A stretch of 64,000 nucleotides of DNA from Nymphaea colorata (lineage: Eukaryota). The stretch is from NCBI RefSeq assembly GCF_008831285.2, contig NC_045138.2, forward strand, positions 19,220,001-19,284,000, read 5' to 3'. Position numbers and translations under genes: made by a program. This document shows, one piece after another, positions 39,364 through 52,426 of the stretch. Below the pieces are notes generated by a model that did no database searches, was not told where the DNA came from, and saw only the letters and a program-made list of their open reading frames with translations. Every line of letters begins with the position of its first letter. Within the stretch, counting starts at the first letter, position 1.

Positions 39364-41299
39364 TTAAAGTGAACCGTCAAGATTATCAACAAAGAGGGAG
39401 AGAGACACGCCGGAGACCACCGTAGAACGGTTCAATTAAAAGGGAATGACAACAGACTAAATTCAAACAGGACTCGGTTTTGTCGTCTCTGCCATGGTAC
39501 CAATGTCACCATGCTGGGCCGATTTAGCGACTCTGATTTCGTCATTTCTTTCCCATCTGAAATTGCCAAGTCCTGAATGGATTGTTCGGTGATGAAGGAA
39601 GGCATTGCGAAGCTTGTTAGTGTCGAGGGCTTCGAGTCCATCGTCACCTCTGTCTCCAACACCCGCTGAAACATGCTCGCTTCTTTAGGTATTTCCATCA
39701 ATCGCATATTATTGTTTCCGATCTCGTTTTCTTGTTTGGGCATTAGGGTTTTCGGAAGTTGCCACTTTGTTCTTGAGGCTTGGTCTTCACGTAGTGGGCA
39801 CTTTTTTTCTCATTTCAATGGCAAGTTTTGATATGGCGTATGATGTGGCTAATTGAACATTCATGTAGCGGTCGTCCCATTTCGAGCCTCTGATTCGTAA
39901 GTCTTGGCTTCTCGCTCGATTTCTTTGATCCTTCCCTTCTAGATCTTATCTTTTCGGTTCTCAAATTAATGTTTAGGCGCAGTTTGGGAGGTTAGAAAAT
40001 GGTTCTACATAATCAACCCTTTTGAGGGAAGATCATCGTTTGTATCTTCTTCCAGTTATTTTTTTCTTGCAAAAAATTATGTTTTCTGTCCATAATAATT
40101 TTTTTTTAACTGGGGATGTGAGGAACAGTTTCATGAGCCAAAAATTTCATGTTCAAGCTTCCAGTCCTTAGAAACTGACATTTAAAATTGAGGACTTTTG
40201 AATTGTTCTCCGTACTTTTTTTAATCACATTCAGGTTTTCATTTTGCAGGGTTATGTTTTCAGAAATGCAGGAAATAATTTTGGGATATATCTACAGATC
40301 TCATGATCAAGTTGTGTTAAACTAGAAGCTTCTGTCGTCCTTGGTTAAATGCCGGAAAAATATCAAAAAATTCAAATGCAAAAATCTATCCGATAATATA
40401 AAATATTGTTACAGTGTGTGTATAACACATCGCGAATGCGAAGTTCTTGTTAATGCTGCAAAAGATATCATGACTTCCATGGACTTTTCAAGTTCGGGGT
40501 TATGTTGAAAATCTTCCATAGTACATTATTCTTCTTCAAAATTTCATAATAAGTGCACGAGATTTTCAAAATGTAGATTATATTGGTGGTGACTTAAAGT
40601 TATAAGAATTAAGAAGGCTTCTATGTTGTGCATGGACAACAACCAATGCAGCTCAAATATCATTCTTTTTTTCTAATTTTTAAATGGAAATTCCGTAAAA
40701 CGGATGCTAATAAAACTTTTTTTAAAATTTTTCCCGAACTCTTTCTCTTTTTACGACAATATAAAACAAAGCGACAACTCCCATCTGTTGGAGAGTTTGA
40801 GAGTTCTCAATTAAAAGCACCGACTGCAAATCTATAGATATAGTCAAATACTCACACTGGAAGTGAGCTGCTCTGACATTCCAAGTCTATTAAATCTTTA
40901 ATCTCAGTTGAAGCTTGTAATTTGATAAGTAGATCTGTGGTACTTCATCATACGATTTTTATAAGATTCTTATATGCAAATACATCTACATATAGAATAA
41001 AGCCGAATTTGATGCCTAATTTATGTAACATACTTCATTAATTAGATGCCTAATTTGAGGGTCTTGAGCTGTAGAACTTCACTTTTGGTCTCCAGAGCCG
41101 AGAAGTTGAGCATCTAGCCACGTTCGTAACCAGATAAGCCTGTTGTTTTCCACATTGTTGGCTTAGAAGTATGATCTCCGACAAAGGAACCATATTCAGA
41201 TAGGCTTTTATTTATTAGGACAGTTGCAATGATAGTCCTTTATGAAACTGTAATGGGCTCTTAGGAAGAAATACAACAAGAGAATGAGCAAGAACATGG

Positions 41300-41440
41300 C
41301 AAGAACATGGACCTGCATTCATGGGCATATGGATATTGAATCAAAAGGAAGGAGAGATGCAATGGCGTGTTGGAAATGGCGAGAAGGCAAAGCTATGGGA
41401 GGATAAGTGACATGGTGGAATTATTTCAAACTAAGTTGTT
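41300..41440 (+). mobile_element. L1 LINE ORF2 fragment
   Basis: From 41357: MQWRVGNGEKAKLWEDK*HG, matching the W.VGNG....FW.D.W motif C-terminal to plant L1 RT. Confidence 0.6.
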
Positions 41441-42877
41441 TGAGATGAGTACTTCTTCGTTGCTGGGAGTGTCGAGAATACCATCGCGGAGGCAGCCCAA
41501 GGATATAACTGCAGATCAGAAATTCCAAGCGGTGCTGTCAGTTCAATATCATCTGCAGTATGAAGCACATCCCTGAAGAGGGAAGAAGTGAATTCCGTAT
41601 CATTACAATGAAGAAAGGATTAAGCAGATGGGTGGCTGCGGTGTAGAGGAAGAAAGACCACAGCCGCCTCTGTGATGAAGTAGAAAGAGCTGTTACTGGT
41701 AGTGACGAGGCTGAAATGGAACTCTTGATCAAATGAGCAGAAGCCACCAAGTTTCATAGACCATCGTCCACTCTGTTTTCAAACAAAGGCTGGAATCGCA
41801 GGCTCAAACCAGTCAACAGAACAAGTCACCGTGAAAAGAGAAAGTATGTGATCGAGAATAAAAGCAAATATCCGCTCATAGTCATAGCAAAAATTCTTTC
41901 GATGAGTTACGTCACTCAGGTGCATCTAGGCGACTGGCTTCGAATCATTGTGTACGTTAAGCGCATCGGTGCAAATTCTCTGCTCCCTTGGTATGCTAAA
42001 CATGCAGAGTCTAGAGTGCAAGAAAGGTGTTTGACGAAATGCCTGATGGGTGGGGTGGGTTTTTGGGGATGAATTTGAGGCATTTTTGATTTTTTTTTTA
42101 AAGAATTGTATATTAGACTTTCTTTTTTCCTGTGCACAGGGGTTTTCCCATTAGTCTTTGTCTTTGCATAGCTTAGAGTTTTCAAGTAATAAAAAGAAGA
42201 AAAACACACACGCACAAACATATATATACTTGTAGACATGCTATTGCAGTGAAAAGTAGTTTTTTACAAAAATATAAAAAATAAAAAATAATATTTTTTT
42301 TATTTTTTGAACTTACTGTTTCTTCATGGGTTTAAACATCAGCTCAACTCTTTCTTGCATGAATGAGGTTTAGAAATTGATTTTCCTTTTTTATTCCTAA
42401 AAAAGAAGAAAGTAGTTCAGATTCTGCTTATAAAATTATTGTTTTTTTGTTCTTTATGTATTCAGGGTGCATATGATTTTGAAATATTTTAATTTAAAGG
42501 TTGCGATGGCAAAAAGTTGCAGGAATCTCGAGTAACATTGGCAGCACGCGAAATGAAGCTGCCACTACACACTTTGTAAAGGGCTAATTAGCTCACGATA
42601 GCCGCATAGAAGCCAGCTTCCTATATGCCTCTCCTAGGGTAAGACGAAATGAGAAATTCATTGAAAACAAAGGGCAAGTTGATCGTGCTGTCATCGATTT
42701 CGTCGTAGAGAAAGCAACTCCGGTTTCCTAACGGGGGTTTAGTCCGGTTTCCGGTTTTCCATCCTCCTTCTGCAAGATCCCGGTATTCAAAACCCGTCTT
42801 CCGCCATTGCCCTGTACTGTTGCTACCTCGGTGCGCCATTGTCTAGTACAAATCGTTCTTGTCTTGTAACTACTTAA

Positions 42878-43305
42878 GGGCCTGTTTGGTTGAAGGGAAA
42901 GAGAAGGAAAGGGAGGGATTGAGCAATCCCTCCTTTGTTTGGTTGGCTAACTAAAGAGGAGGGAAATGGGCAAAGTGTGTTTGGTTGGGAGCGGAAGGAA
43001 AGAGAAAGGAGGGAAAGAAAAAGATTGTGTAGTGTAAATGCAATCACACCCAAATCGAACGGATTGGGAAGGAAAGGAAAGGGAGAGAGGAGCAAAAGTG
43101 TTGACTGCCCACAATACCCCTTCCTTCACGTTCTTAATTTTTTAAACATTTTGACTGTTAGGAGTATTATTGTAAAGTATTAACATTTTCTTTTCTTTCA
43201 TTTGTATTCAAACAAGTTTTTTAATCACTTCTTTTCATTTCATTCATTTCCCTTTCCTTTCATTTTCCTTCCTTTCCATCCATTTCCCTCCTACCAAACA
43301 GACCC
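42878..43305. mobile_element. Tourist/PIF-Harbinger-like MITE
   Basis: TIR GGGCCTGTTTGG/CCAAACAGACCC, preceded by TAA; 3' end locally duplicated to 43327. Confidence 0.75.
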
Positions 43306-43327
43306 TTTCCCTCCTACCAAACAGACC

Positions 43328-43970
43328 AGCCCAACCGACATTCTTGACAAATTGTAGATCTAACAACCTAGTGGGCTTGGTCCCCAATGAGATGATGGAC
43401 TTGCTATTGAGATTCAACACGAAGTCATCTAAGCATCCAGTGTTGTCAATACCTCAAACTGAAGCCCAGCCGACATTCTTGACAAACTGTAGATCTAACG
43501 AGCTTCTCCGGGAATACCATGAGTCGGGTCCCAATGAGATGATGGACTTGATATTAGATTCAACAGGAAGTCTTCCAACCATTTATGTGTTTTAAACACC
43601 TAAAGCTGAAGCCCAGCCGTCATTATTGACAAATTGTAGATCTAACGACCTAGTGGGCTTGGTCCCCGATGTGATGGAGATATTCAACACGAAGTCATCT
43701 AAGCATCTGAAGTTGAGTTTCTTTCATGCGTGAGCAGTTGGGTTTCTTTCATGCGTGATAAAAATGCCTATAATTTTTAATTTTATGAAAAGAAAAACGA
43801 AAACTAAAGCCGGTACATGAACATGGGGTCCGCTATTGAGCCCAACCGACATTTATGACAAACTGTAGATCTGACGAGCTTCTCGGATAATACCTTGGGC
43901 GCTGGTTCCCGATGAGATGATGGACTTGATATTGAGATTCAACATGAAGTCATCTAACCATCTACGTGTT
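43328..43970. repeat. Four-unit ~135-150-bp tandem array, ABAB pattern
   Basis: Units start AGCCCA(A/G)CCG(A/T)CAT at 43328, 43463, 43610 and 43839; all contain TGTAGATCT and ATTCAACA..AAGTC. Confidence 0.9.
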
Positions 43971-44439
43971 TTTTCTTTCGTTTTTTTATATTTAATCTCT
44001 TCCAGGCGTTAACCTTTATTTTACACGAGGCAAACCACGCGCGCAGCGTATTGTGCCTACGTAAGCACTACGTAAGAAGGAAAGGACTCTTTTGAAGGCT
44101 TCCAGCCGATCTGGTATTGAAACACTTTTTCTTGTGAATGCAATCCATTGACTCGAATTTTATATACACTTCCATATTAACAGTTCATAATAATATTCTT
44201 CAAGAATGTTGATTTGGACCCACGTAGACTTTTGAAAATAGAAATAAACAAAAAAAAAAAGCTTTGACGCCCATAATTTCTCACCTTACCGAACCTTCCA
44301 TTCTTATAACGTACATGGCTTGTTTTCCACGCCTTTTTGGCGCCTTGGGTGTTATTTTCAACTTAATCATAGTGGCTTTCCTTCGACCCGACAATTTAAA
44401 ACTATTTAAAACAGAAACTGAGCTTACACTCTTCAGTGG

Positions 44440-44480
<41 letters not shown>

Positions 44481-45363
44481 GAGAGTCTCTTACACTCTTC
44501 TCTCCCTTATGTAATCCGTGAAGAGCGAAGACTGATTTCTTTTAAAAGTCTGTGGCTGTCAACCAGCAGCTACCACAGGGTCTTTTTTATTTATCTTCTT
44601 GCCTTATTTCATCAAACATGTGTAAAGTGTGGGCTCGTGAAAGCAGAAGCAACAACCAACCATGCAGGCATGGACTGGCCGGTTAGTGACGGCCACATTT
44701 GTGGTCAACAGACCATGTAACCTGGGAAAGAGACTTAACTTAAAGATGTAAGTGTCCACATGAAGCAGACAAGCGTCCTTATCAGGAAAACTTTTTCCTG
44801 CTTTCACACACGGACCCTACCATGATATAACCTCATAGAAAATAGGCAACTTGTACGGGATGACAGCAACACTTGCTCGTCTCAAAACAACGACAGCCCT
44901 ATACGGCCCTACATGTAGGGCGGTGATGAGACGCAGACGAAGAATTTGGGGTATTCACCAGTGGAATACTGACACAACTTAAAAAATTGTGGAAACAGAG
45001 TATGTGCTCAAGAATACGGAGCAGAGCAAAAATTGGATGAGAAAAGCTCATTCTCTCATTACTCGAATGGTGGCTATGTCAACAATTATGTTACAAATGA
45101 ACACTAGAAACAAAAAAAATAGAGAAATACAGATATACCTACAAGATTCACACTTTGGCACACTGTACATATTCCTTCTAACCATTTCTATTACTGCAAT
45201 GACAATAACAGACTCTGAATCTGACCTGAAAATGAGCTTTTTTTTCAGAATTGCTTCATCAATACATTGCCTCCTCGTCCCATATAAAATAACATGATGT
45301 TGTTCTATGCTGGACGAGCCCACAGGGAGAAGACCGGCCGGAACCGCAAGTTAGATTGCACGA

Positions 45364-45777
45364 CTATGACGTCCGACGCAGGATGGGCGTTGTTCCGGTC
45401 ATCGAAATCGTCAATGTCACGAGAGCAGGGACAAGAGAAAGGGTGGAGATCAGGAGGAAGGTCTTGATCGACGTTTCCGTGAGCGCATCGGCTAGTATGA
45501 CAACGAGCAGCGAGGCAATCCAGGCTATTAGGATCCCAAGAAGGATCAGCAATACCTGGAGATCTTCCAGGAGGAAAAAGTGGGGATCCACCGGTGCAGC
45601 CGCCCAGCTTGCGAGGTCGTTTATGAGGAAGATGCCGGCTATCATGGACATAAGCAGCAGCAGAATCGCCATCGCTGTCGCCGTCGCCGCAGCCATCGTC
45701 GCGGTCGCCGCCGCCGTCGTCGTCGCCGTCGCCGTCGTCGTCGCCGTCGCCGTCGCCAGTTCCTCGTTCTTCCCCAT
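45364..45777 (-). CDS. Small ~3-TM protein, paralogue 4 (137 aa from MGKNEEL), with Ala/Thr repeat N-terminus and probable premature stop
   Basis: FLINDL, DPHFFLLEDLQ, LILLGILIAWIASL, TETSIKTFLLISTLSL; acceptor TTCTGCAG 5 nt before ATG; Cys tail SCNLTCGSG lies in frame after the TAG. Confidence 0.75.
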   Translation of the reverse strand: MGKNEELATATATTTATATTTAAATATMAAATATAMAILLLLMSMIAGIFLINDLASWAAAPVDPHFFLLEDLQVLLILLGILIAWIASLLVVILADALTETSIKTFLLISTLSLVPALVTLTISMTGTTPILRRTS

Positions 45778-47085
45778 TTTCGCTGCAGAAGATATAAAGA
45801 AAACGTTTAAATTTTTTTGTTTTGAGAATCTGAAAATAATGGACAACACTCAGCCTCTCGCAGGAGGGTGAGCGACGGGAGGGCCGGCAAGAGGAGGGGC
45901 AGCCGCCGGCCATTTCTTTTCTGAAAATGAAAAGGGGGTTCAGGAATGGGATCCACTGGCTTGCGGAGGGAGTAAAATAGACGAACGGCTCACAAGTTTA
46001 CCAATTAAGTAGCAGGATCGGTCAGCTTGCTTTCCGGTGCCTATACGCAGGCAAAAAGGGGACGAGAGGGAAGAGGAGAGACAGAGAGATTCTTCTGACA
46101 CTGCCAGAAGGGAAAAGACAACGAGTGGGAAGAAGAGAGACTCCTCTGACACTCCAGAAGGGAGAAGACAACCAGTGAGAAGAAGAAGTTGTGGTGGGAA
46201 GAAAAGAAAAGGAGAAGAAGAAAAAGAAGAGGCTGCTGAACAATAAAGAGTTGCAGTCAAAGAAAGGGGGCTAGTGGGAGCGAGGTACGGTCGTTTGGTC
46301 CAGATAAATTTTTTGTTTTCTAAATGTATATTTAAATTTAAAAAAAAATTGACTTGTTTTATATAAAAATTTAAAGAAATGATATTTCGACATTAGTTAA
46401 TTCAACATTCTCTATAAAAAAATTATTACCTTCAATAACAATCATTGATTTAATTTTAAATAATTATGACGGGGCTTCTGAGTACCAAGTACCTAAACGA
46501 GTAGGTTTGGCCGAGTGACAAGGCCTAGAAGAAGTCCTGCCCGATTACTGCCTTTTAAATTGAGGGAGCAATAACAGCGAAACATCACGGGTCCAGTCCA
46601 TATCCAGTACCTTCCCAGCGATCGCACGTCCTGATGAAGGCACAACGCCCAACCACGACAAGGTTTAGCGAAGACTCCCCCGACCCGTACCCGAACATCG
46701 GATTTGAATCCAGATCTGATTTTGGATCTTGTGGTGATCCCGAGCCTTTGACTCAGAAGCCACTTGTTCCCGCGGCAGAAGTCGTTCGTGCCAACAATCA
46801 GATGTCAATTTGTTTCAGTTTGTTTCCCTACCAGCCACCACAGAGATTTTCTTAGTGAGATCACAAAAAAGTAATGATTTTATTCTTCTCATCATAACAG
46901 GCAACGACTGAGGAGCATCCCAAAAGATAACTTTGAGTGTTCCAATTCATCAGTTGCCAACCATGTCCAAATCCCAAACAGATAAGAACATAGGTGAGGG
47001 ACAAAGTGTCTCGCAGGCCGGTTAGATTCAGCACGTTTTCCGACCGAGCCAAGCATCGGGCCCCGATGCTCAGGCCTAATCGCCG

Positions 47086-47089
<4 letters not shown>

Positions 47090-47136
<47 letters not shown>
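47090..47136 (+). repeat. Poly(A) tract, 47 nt
   Basis: Directly visible. Confidence 0.95.
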
Positions 47137-47137
<1 letters not shown>

Positions 47138-47594
47138 AGGACTGCTATCAATCGTATCCGCCTTGCCATCTTGTTAAAGATACGGAGCTTTGTTTTGTGA
47201 TGCCGACAATGGTTGAGGTCGGATGAGGGGTTGATGTAACATAATCATGGGCAACCACAAGAATTGGGAGCTCATAAGTATCTTTAGAGATAGTGATACT
47301 CAACTCTTGCTAACACGCATAATATTGCACTTCAATCATGTCCAACAGCAACTTGGAAAGCAATAATATTGTTCAAGGGGAACATTTTAGTGGACAAAAG
47401 AGAGATACTAATCAAAGGCTCAATCATGCATTTGCATCTATCTAGAGATCTAGTTGCCTGTGTCTTTAGTGCAGAAACCAGGGGCGAAGCTAGCATTTTC
47501 TTCAAGCCAGGCCCACGGTCCCCTCCCTCCGCCTCCCCTCCACCCCAGGTCGAAACCATGATTTGAAAGCAAGAACTGTGTGGGGAGTTAGGTC

Positions 47595-48118
47595 TGTTGG
47601 CGTTCTCCCGCGATTCACACTCAATCTCCTCTCTTTTGGTAATGGCAAAATGAAGAGAGGGGACCGTAGACTGCACACACCAACGAGGGAAAGGAGAGGG
47701 AGCAGCAGTACTCGGGCAGAGAGAGAAGCAAGCTGCGTCTAGGGCAGCGTGAGAGAGAGTCAAGGACGGCAGGAGAGAGAGAATAAAGAACGAGAGAGGG
47801 AGGGAGAGAAAGAAGGAAACTTTCTTCTCCTCTTTTGGCGTTAACTTCTCAATAACTCATTTCAGTAAAAAGAAAGCTAACATTTAAAGAAAATAATAAA
47901 AAAAACTGATAAACTTAACGAGTAAGTTTAGCAACTAGTAGATCGTGCTTTCTCACGATCCCTCCGCTTCAACTTTTTCAGCTTCCGCCATTTTCTCCAC
48001 TCCTTATTAACTGCCCACTATTTGAAACCGCACACACTTTCTCTTGTTTCCACTTTTCACTCCTTCACGCACTCACGCTTTTCCCACGAGCTCCTCCACT
48101 TCAGGAGTTAGAGCAACA
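47595..48118 (-). repeat. 3' LTR of the copia element (524 bp)
   Basis: TGTTGGCG...GAGCAACA; adjacent PPT AGGGGGGAGAT (minus strand) at 48119-48129. Confidence 0.97.
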
Positions 48119-48127
48119 ATCTCCCCC

Positions 48128-51100
48128 CTAATCCTGATGTGGCCCGAGCTCTCGAACACCAAGTACGTGTCGCATTGTTGCCAACTTTGCCGTTGGTAAT
48201 GCTTTTGTCATAAGATCCGCTCGTTGTTCATCTGTGCGTACAAAATCCACAATAATATGTCCTCTTTCGACACATTCCCGAATGAAATGGAACTTTGTAT
48301 CAATGTGTTTACTACGTCCATGAAAAACTGGGTTCTTCATCAGTGCGATTGCGGACTTGTTGTCCACATACAACTTTACCACTTGCGGCTCTCTCCCAAT
48401 CAGTTCGTCCAAGAGTCCTCTAAGCCAAAGTGCTTGACATGCCGCCGCAGTTGCTGCCATGAACTCAGCCTCGCATGAAGACAGAGCAACGGTCTTCTGC
48501 TTTTGCGAGTTCCATGAGACTAGGCTTTCATTTACATAGAATGCCATGCCTCCGATGCTTTTTCGATCATCGACGTCGCCCGCCAGGTCACTATCCGTGA
48601 ACCCGACAATCACTTCTTCTCCTTTTCCTCTGGTGTATACAAGACCGAAGTTGATTGTGCCTTTTAAATAACGCAAAATCTGCTTCACTGCTTTGTGGTG
48701 CATCACTGTCGGTCTCTCCATGAATCTACTAGCTACACCGACAGCATACAAAAGATCTGGCCTTGTGTGGACAAGATACCTTAGACATCCGATGAATCGT
48801 CGATACTCAGTTGCATCCACCGGTTGTCCTTCGGGATCCTTGTTCAACTGTGACCTTGGTTCCATAGGAATTTTAGTAGGATTGCAATCAAACATGCCAA
48901 ATTGAATTAGTACCTTTTTGGCATAGGTTGCTTGTTTGATCCAGATACCGTCTTCACCTTGTTCCACCTCAATCCCAAGGTAATAGGTGAGCAGGCCGAG
49001 GTCGCTCATCTCGAACTCAGCCATCATCTGCTGCTTGAATGATGCGATTGCCTCCGAATCCTCCCCTGTTACAATTAGATCATCAACATAAACTTCGACG
49101 ATGATACCAGTGCGGTCTTTTCCCCTCGTATACATGGCTTGTTCAAGCGCGCACTTTGAGAACCCAAGGTGCTTCAGGCTTCTATCCAGCTGCGTGTTCC
49201 AAACACGAGGTGCTTGTCGGAGGCCGTACAATGCCTTGCTTAGTTTGAGCACCATATGCTCCTTGTTCTTCACCGTGAAACCTTCTGGCTGAGTTACATA
49301 GACCTCCTCCTCAAGTTCGCCATTGAGGAATGCTGATTTGACGTCGAGGTGATGAACTTGCCACCCACGGTTGGCTGCGACGGCAAGGATGACTCGCACT
49401 GTGTCGAGCCTGTCGACTGGCGCAAACACCTCATCGAAGTCGATCCCTTGTCGTTGAACATAGCCTTTTGCGACTAATCTGGCCTTGTGCTTGATCACCT
49501 CTCCGTCTGAGTTTTTCTTTAATTTGAACACTCATTTGAGTCTGATTGCTTTGGTTCCAACCGGTAGGGTTGTCAGCGTCCAGGTCGAATTTTTTTCAAT
49601 GGACTCAATCTCCTTGGCCATCGCATCCACCCATGCCGGTTGGCCCATTGCCTCTTGGTAACACGATGGCTCCTCTATTGCCGCAAGCATGGCCTCTTCT
49701 TCGACGTCTTCAACATCGAGCTCGACATGCCGAGCGTCTCGCATGATATCATCTATATGTCTATACCGAACGGGTCCGTCATTACTGTCCTTCATCTCCG
49801 AGGTTGCGGCAGTTTCATCCGCCAGCAATCTCCGAGCCGGCGTCACCACCGGCGTTGCTTCGCCACCCATCGATGTCGATGAAGAAGTAGGGTAGCCTAG
49901 ATCCATGGATAGCGACCTTCCTGCTTGTTCGCTTGCAACTGAGTTGTCCACTTTTGATTCATCCTCAATAGTGAAATTCGACGAATCACTGCCTCCTGCA
50001 TCCATGTTCCAACTCCACTTTAATTTTTCTTCAAATTTAATCACGACTTACATGGATTCTCCCACGCCGCAGAACGAATAATCTGTGTGCCTTGCAGCCA
50101 TCCTCGACGCCGAGATACACCATTGGCTGGCTGCGATCATCAAGCTTCTTGAGGTGTGGTGTTGTCACCATGGCATGCGCTGTGCAGCCGAACAATCGAA
50201 GATGTGCAAGATCCGGCTTCCTATGACTCCAAGCTTCATACGGGGTGCGCTCGCCCATGGCCTTCGTAGGCAAGCGGTTCAGCAAGTAAACTGCGTGTCG
50301 TACCGCCTCCCCCCAAAATCTTCTCAGCATGCTCATGCTCTTGAGGAGAGATCTTGCCATCGCCATCACCGTCCTGTTCCTCATCTCCACCACACCGTTT
50401 TGTTGTGGTGAGTATGACGCAGTGAGGTGTCGCACAATGCCCGCCTGTTCACACACATTGGCGAACTCAAGAGAGAGGAACTCGCCTCCACGATCGGTCC
50501 GAAGCGTCTTGACGCGATGCCCGCACGCGTTCTCAGCCAACGGCTTGATCTTCATAAACGCCGAGCATGCCTGGTCTTTTGTTCTGATCACGCACAACCA
50601 CATCCAACGAGTGAAGTCATCAACTATTAGTAAGAAATAGCTATTACCGGCAGGGGTGGGTGGCGTGATCGGGCCGCAAAGATTAGCGTGCAAGAGTTCG
50701 AGTGGCTCCTTCGCTCGATAGATGGCTGCCGACGGGAACGACTGTCTCGTCTGCTTCGCCACCAAACACTCCCGGCATAACTGAGCGGGATGAGAGATAG
50801 GCGGTACCCCGGTTGCCATCTTCTTGTTTACAAGCATCTTCAATGCTTGAAAGTTGACGTGGCCGAGACGAGCATGCCACAACCATGCCGGATCCTCGAA
50901 GTTTGCCAAGAGACACACTGGCCTTGCAATCTGCAGCTCGATGCGATAGAGACGATTTGGCGTGCGTCTCACCTTCATGATCAACTGCCCTGGATTTTTG
51001 ACAAATACCTCTAGTTTGTCTTCATCCATAACCACCTTGTGGCCCACCTCAGTGAGTTGCCCGAGACTCACGATGTTGCTGCGAAGCTTTGGAATATAAT

Positions 51101-52403
51101 ATACTTTCTGGAGCAGCCATTGATCATCATTTTTGCATTTAAAAAGAATTGAACTCTTACCCATGATCTGCACCGATGAGCCGTCGCCGAACTTCACATT
51201 GCCGGTGATTGCCTCGTTCAACTCCCGAAACTTGACCTTGTCTCCGGTCATGTGGTTGTTGGCACCGTTATCCAGGTACCAGGTGTCGGTAGTTTCCTTA
51301 CCGTGCTCGGTCCCGTGCAGTTCAGGCCATACTTGCTCTTCATTCAGCAGGACGGCTTCCTGTCGTTCCTGCCATTCTTGTTTCTCAGGTGCAGCGGGCA
51401 TTGCTTCTTCCAACTCTGCAAGCAACAGAGTTGGTTCGGTGTCGTCAGTTTGTGTGAGATGCGCCTCTTCCTTCTTTTTGGGAGCCTTGCACCGGTCCGC
51501 ATAATGCCCCAATTCGTTGCAATTGAAGCAACGGATGTGACTCCTGTCACGACCATCGCCTCCAGAGCCACTTGCTCTGTCCTTCAGTGGGAAGTCGCCT
51601 CGTCCACCTCTCCCGCGCCCTCTATCGCGCCCGCGACCACCCCGGCTGCGAACTCCTCCTTCCCTGTGACCCGTCTCCCTTCGGGTCGACGACGGGTCGC
51701 TGCCGCTTCTCTTCTGCCGTGCCTCCCACTCAGCCTGAGTGAGAAGCAGTTGTGCGTCGCCGTTGCCACCGGTACCGAATGCTCGGGGACAAGAGCGTTC
51801 TTCATACGTCTTGAGTCGTCCCACAGCCTCTTCAAACAACATTGTGTCGAGGTCGCAAAACTGCTCTATGCCCGCGATTACGCTAAGAAACCGATTTGGA
51901 ACGGTGTCAAATAGCTTCTTGACTAAGGCAGCATCACTCAGGGTTCCCCCTAAGTTGGCATACCTGACGGACATTCCAGTGAGCCTGCCCGCATATTGAT
52001 CCAAGGACTCTCCTTCCTGCATCCTCATGGCGTCAAAGTCACTCTTCAACGTCTGCAGGCGTGCATTCCTCACGCGATCTGCCCCGACAAACCTCGTCTT
52101 GAGGCAATCCCAAACCTCCTTCGCTGTCGCCTTCTTCGCCACTTGCATTAGGAGATCTTCTGGGAGGGCTTGGAGAAGATGCGACCTCGCCTTCTTGTCC
52201 TTCCTCGTGTCGACAGCCACACCGGCCGTCGGCTCGACTGCCTCCCAAACACCTTGATCTTCCATCATGGCCTGGACCCTAATCACCCAACCGGTGTAGT
52301 TGGTCGCCGTGAGCAGCGGATATTGGAACGTCCCGCTGGCAATCTCCCGCGCTGCCTCGTTTGTGATGATCGACATCGGCTTGAATCGAGGGAGCTTTGG
52401 CAT
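48128..52403 (-). pseudogene. Copia gag-pol polyprotein, with one frameshift (~50040) and one nonsense codon (49532-49534)
   Basis: Zn knuckle CFNCNELGHYADRC; protease WYLDNGANNHM; GAG-pre-integrase LWHARLGH; integrase HANLCGP..TDRGGEF..QQNGVVE; RT YVDD; RNase H FTDSD..ADLMTKAL. Confidence 0.95.
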
Positions 52404-52411
52404 ACAACCTT

Positions 52412-52424
52412 GGCTTTGATACCA
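52412..52424 (-). promoter_or_regulatory. Primer binding site (initiator tRNA-Met type)
   Basis: Minus strand TGGTATCAAAGCC, 2 nt inside the 5' LTR; one mismatch to the canonical TGGTATCAGAGC. Confidence 0.9.
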
Positions 52425-52426
52425 AA

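Noticed and set aside
39432..39743. 103-aa minus-strand ORF
   Set aside because: No motif, paralogue or clear gene structure.
43328..43970. CRISPR-like repeat-spacer array
   Set aside because: Units are long and degenerate with no unique spacers, there are no cas genes, and the context is eukaryotic.
45305..45913. Overlapping ORFs of 202, 171 and 76 aa (poly-D/G, poly-V/A, poly-R)
   Set aside because: Alternative-frame and antisense shadows of the GC-rich microsatellite in paralogue 4.
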